Shown: in pieces, positions 63,666 through 64,000 of the stretch
How the letters are laid out: every line of letters begins with the position of its first letter
Numbering within the stretch: the stretch's first letter is position 1
Source: Setoptus koraiensis
Lineage: Eukaryota > Animalia > Arthropoda
Reading direction: 5' to 3'
Assembly (NCBI GenBank): GCA_048013815.1
Contig: CM106586.1
Span: forward strand, 9,858,001 to 9,922,000
Length of the DNA stretch: 64,000 nucleotides
Made by a program: the position numbers and the translations under genes
Notes under the pieces: generated by a model
What the model was told of the DNA's origin: nothing
Database searches by the model: none
What the model saw: the letters and a program-made list of their open reading frames with translations, nothing else

Positions 63666-64000
63666 GTTCGCCGGGCGAGCGCGGTGCGAATGTGATTCCC
63701 GTCGCGACCACGGGGGCGCTCAAGTGCCACTGGCCGCGCATCGAGCACGAAGTAGCTTGGCGTCACAGCGCCGATATCGCACCGCATCGCCGTTTGTAAC
63801 ATGTGACGCAACAAGCCGCTGGACGGCGGCCAACCGGACCGCGGGCAACTGGACGGCGGGCCGCAAACGGGCGCAAGCTGCAAGCGCCCCGTCGCCCACT
63901 CAAATCAAATTACACGCTTGTTTCTGTTTATTTGTTACGCTGCCGGCCAGTCGTTAGCGGGGGCGCCCCGCGGACACTCAACAATCGCGGCCCGTTCCAG

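Noticed and set aside
49-63957. Hundreds of 60-290 aa ORFs in the track (e.g. 22164-22808, 28876-29556, 29569-30288, 45401-45880, 56432-57292)
   Set aside because: They overlap in all frames, are homopolymeric or R/A/P-rich, and follow from stop-poor microsatellites and GC-rich DNA; no recognisable domains.
1-64000. A second T-box paralog, conserved bilaterian miRNAs, or a perfect Dpp silencer (GRCGNC-N5-GTCTG)
   Set aside because: None found by eye; near matches only. A computational scan could still find missed cases.

Overview
Eukaryotic (arthropod-like, possibly chelicerate/mite; inference only) genomic DNA with one recognisable gene: a five-coding-exon T-box transcription factor of the Tbx20/H15/midline subfamily on the + strand (11024-36254, 851 aa after manual splicing). 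It has an N-terminal eh1 motif, a T-box split over exons 1-4 and a 580-codon low-complexity last exon. The rest is intronic/intergenic DNA dense in degenerate CAA/GTT microsatellites, short tandem arrays and perfect short inverted repeats; these and the high GC explain almost all ORFs in the track. By-eye counts show over-represented regulatory words: at least 16 RTTAYGTAAY (PAR-bZIP/Vrille type), at least 30 ACAGGTGA (Snail/ZEB-type E-box) and three perfect CTCF consensus sites. Other leads: a GATA+Tinman hairpin at 55.4 kb, a possible T-box-only short isoform, a candidate recursive splice site in intron 1, a pre-miRNA-like hairpin in intron 2, and a decayed coding-like island just past the 3' end. 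No bacterial-type system, CRISPR array, tRNA or rRNA is supported. All counts are manual and are minimums.
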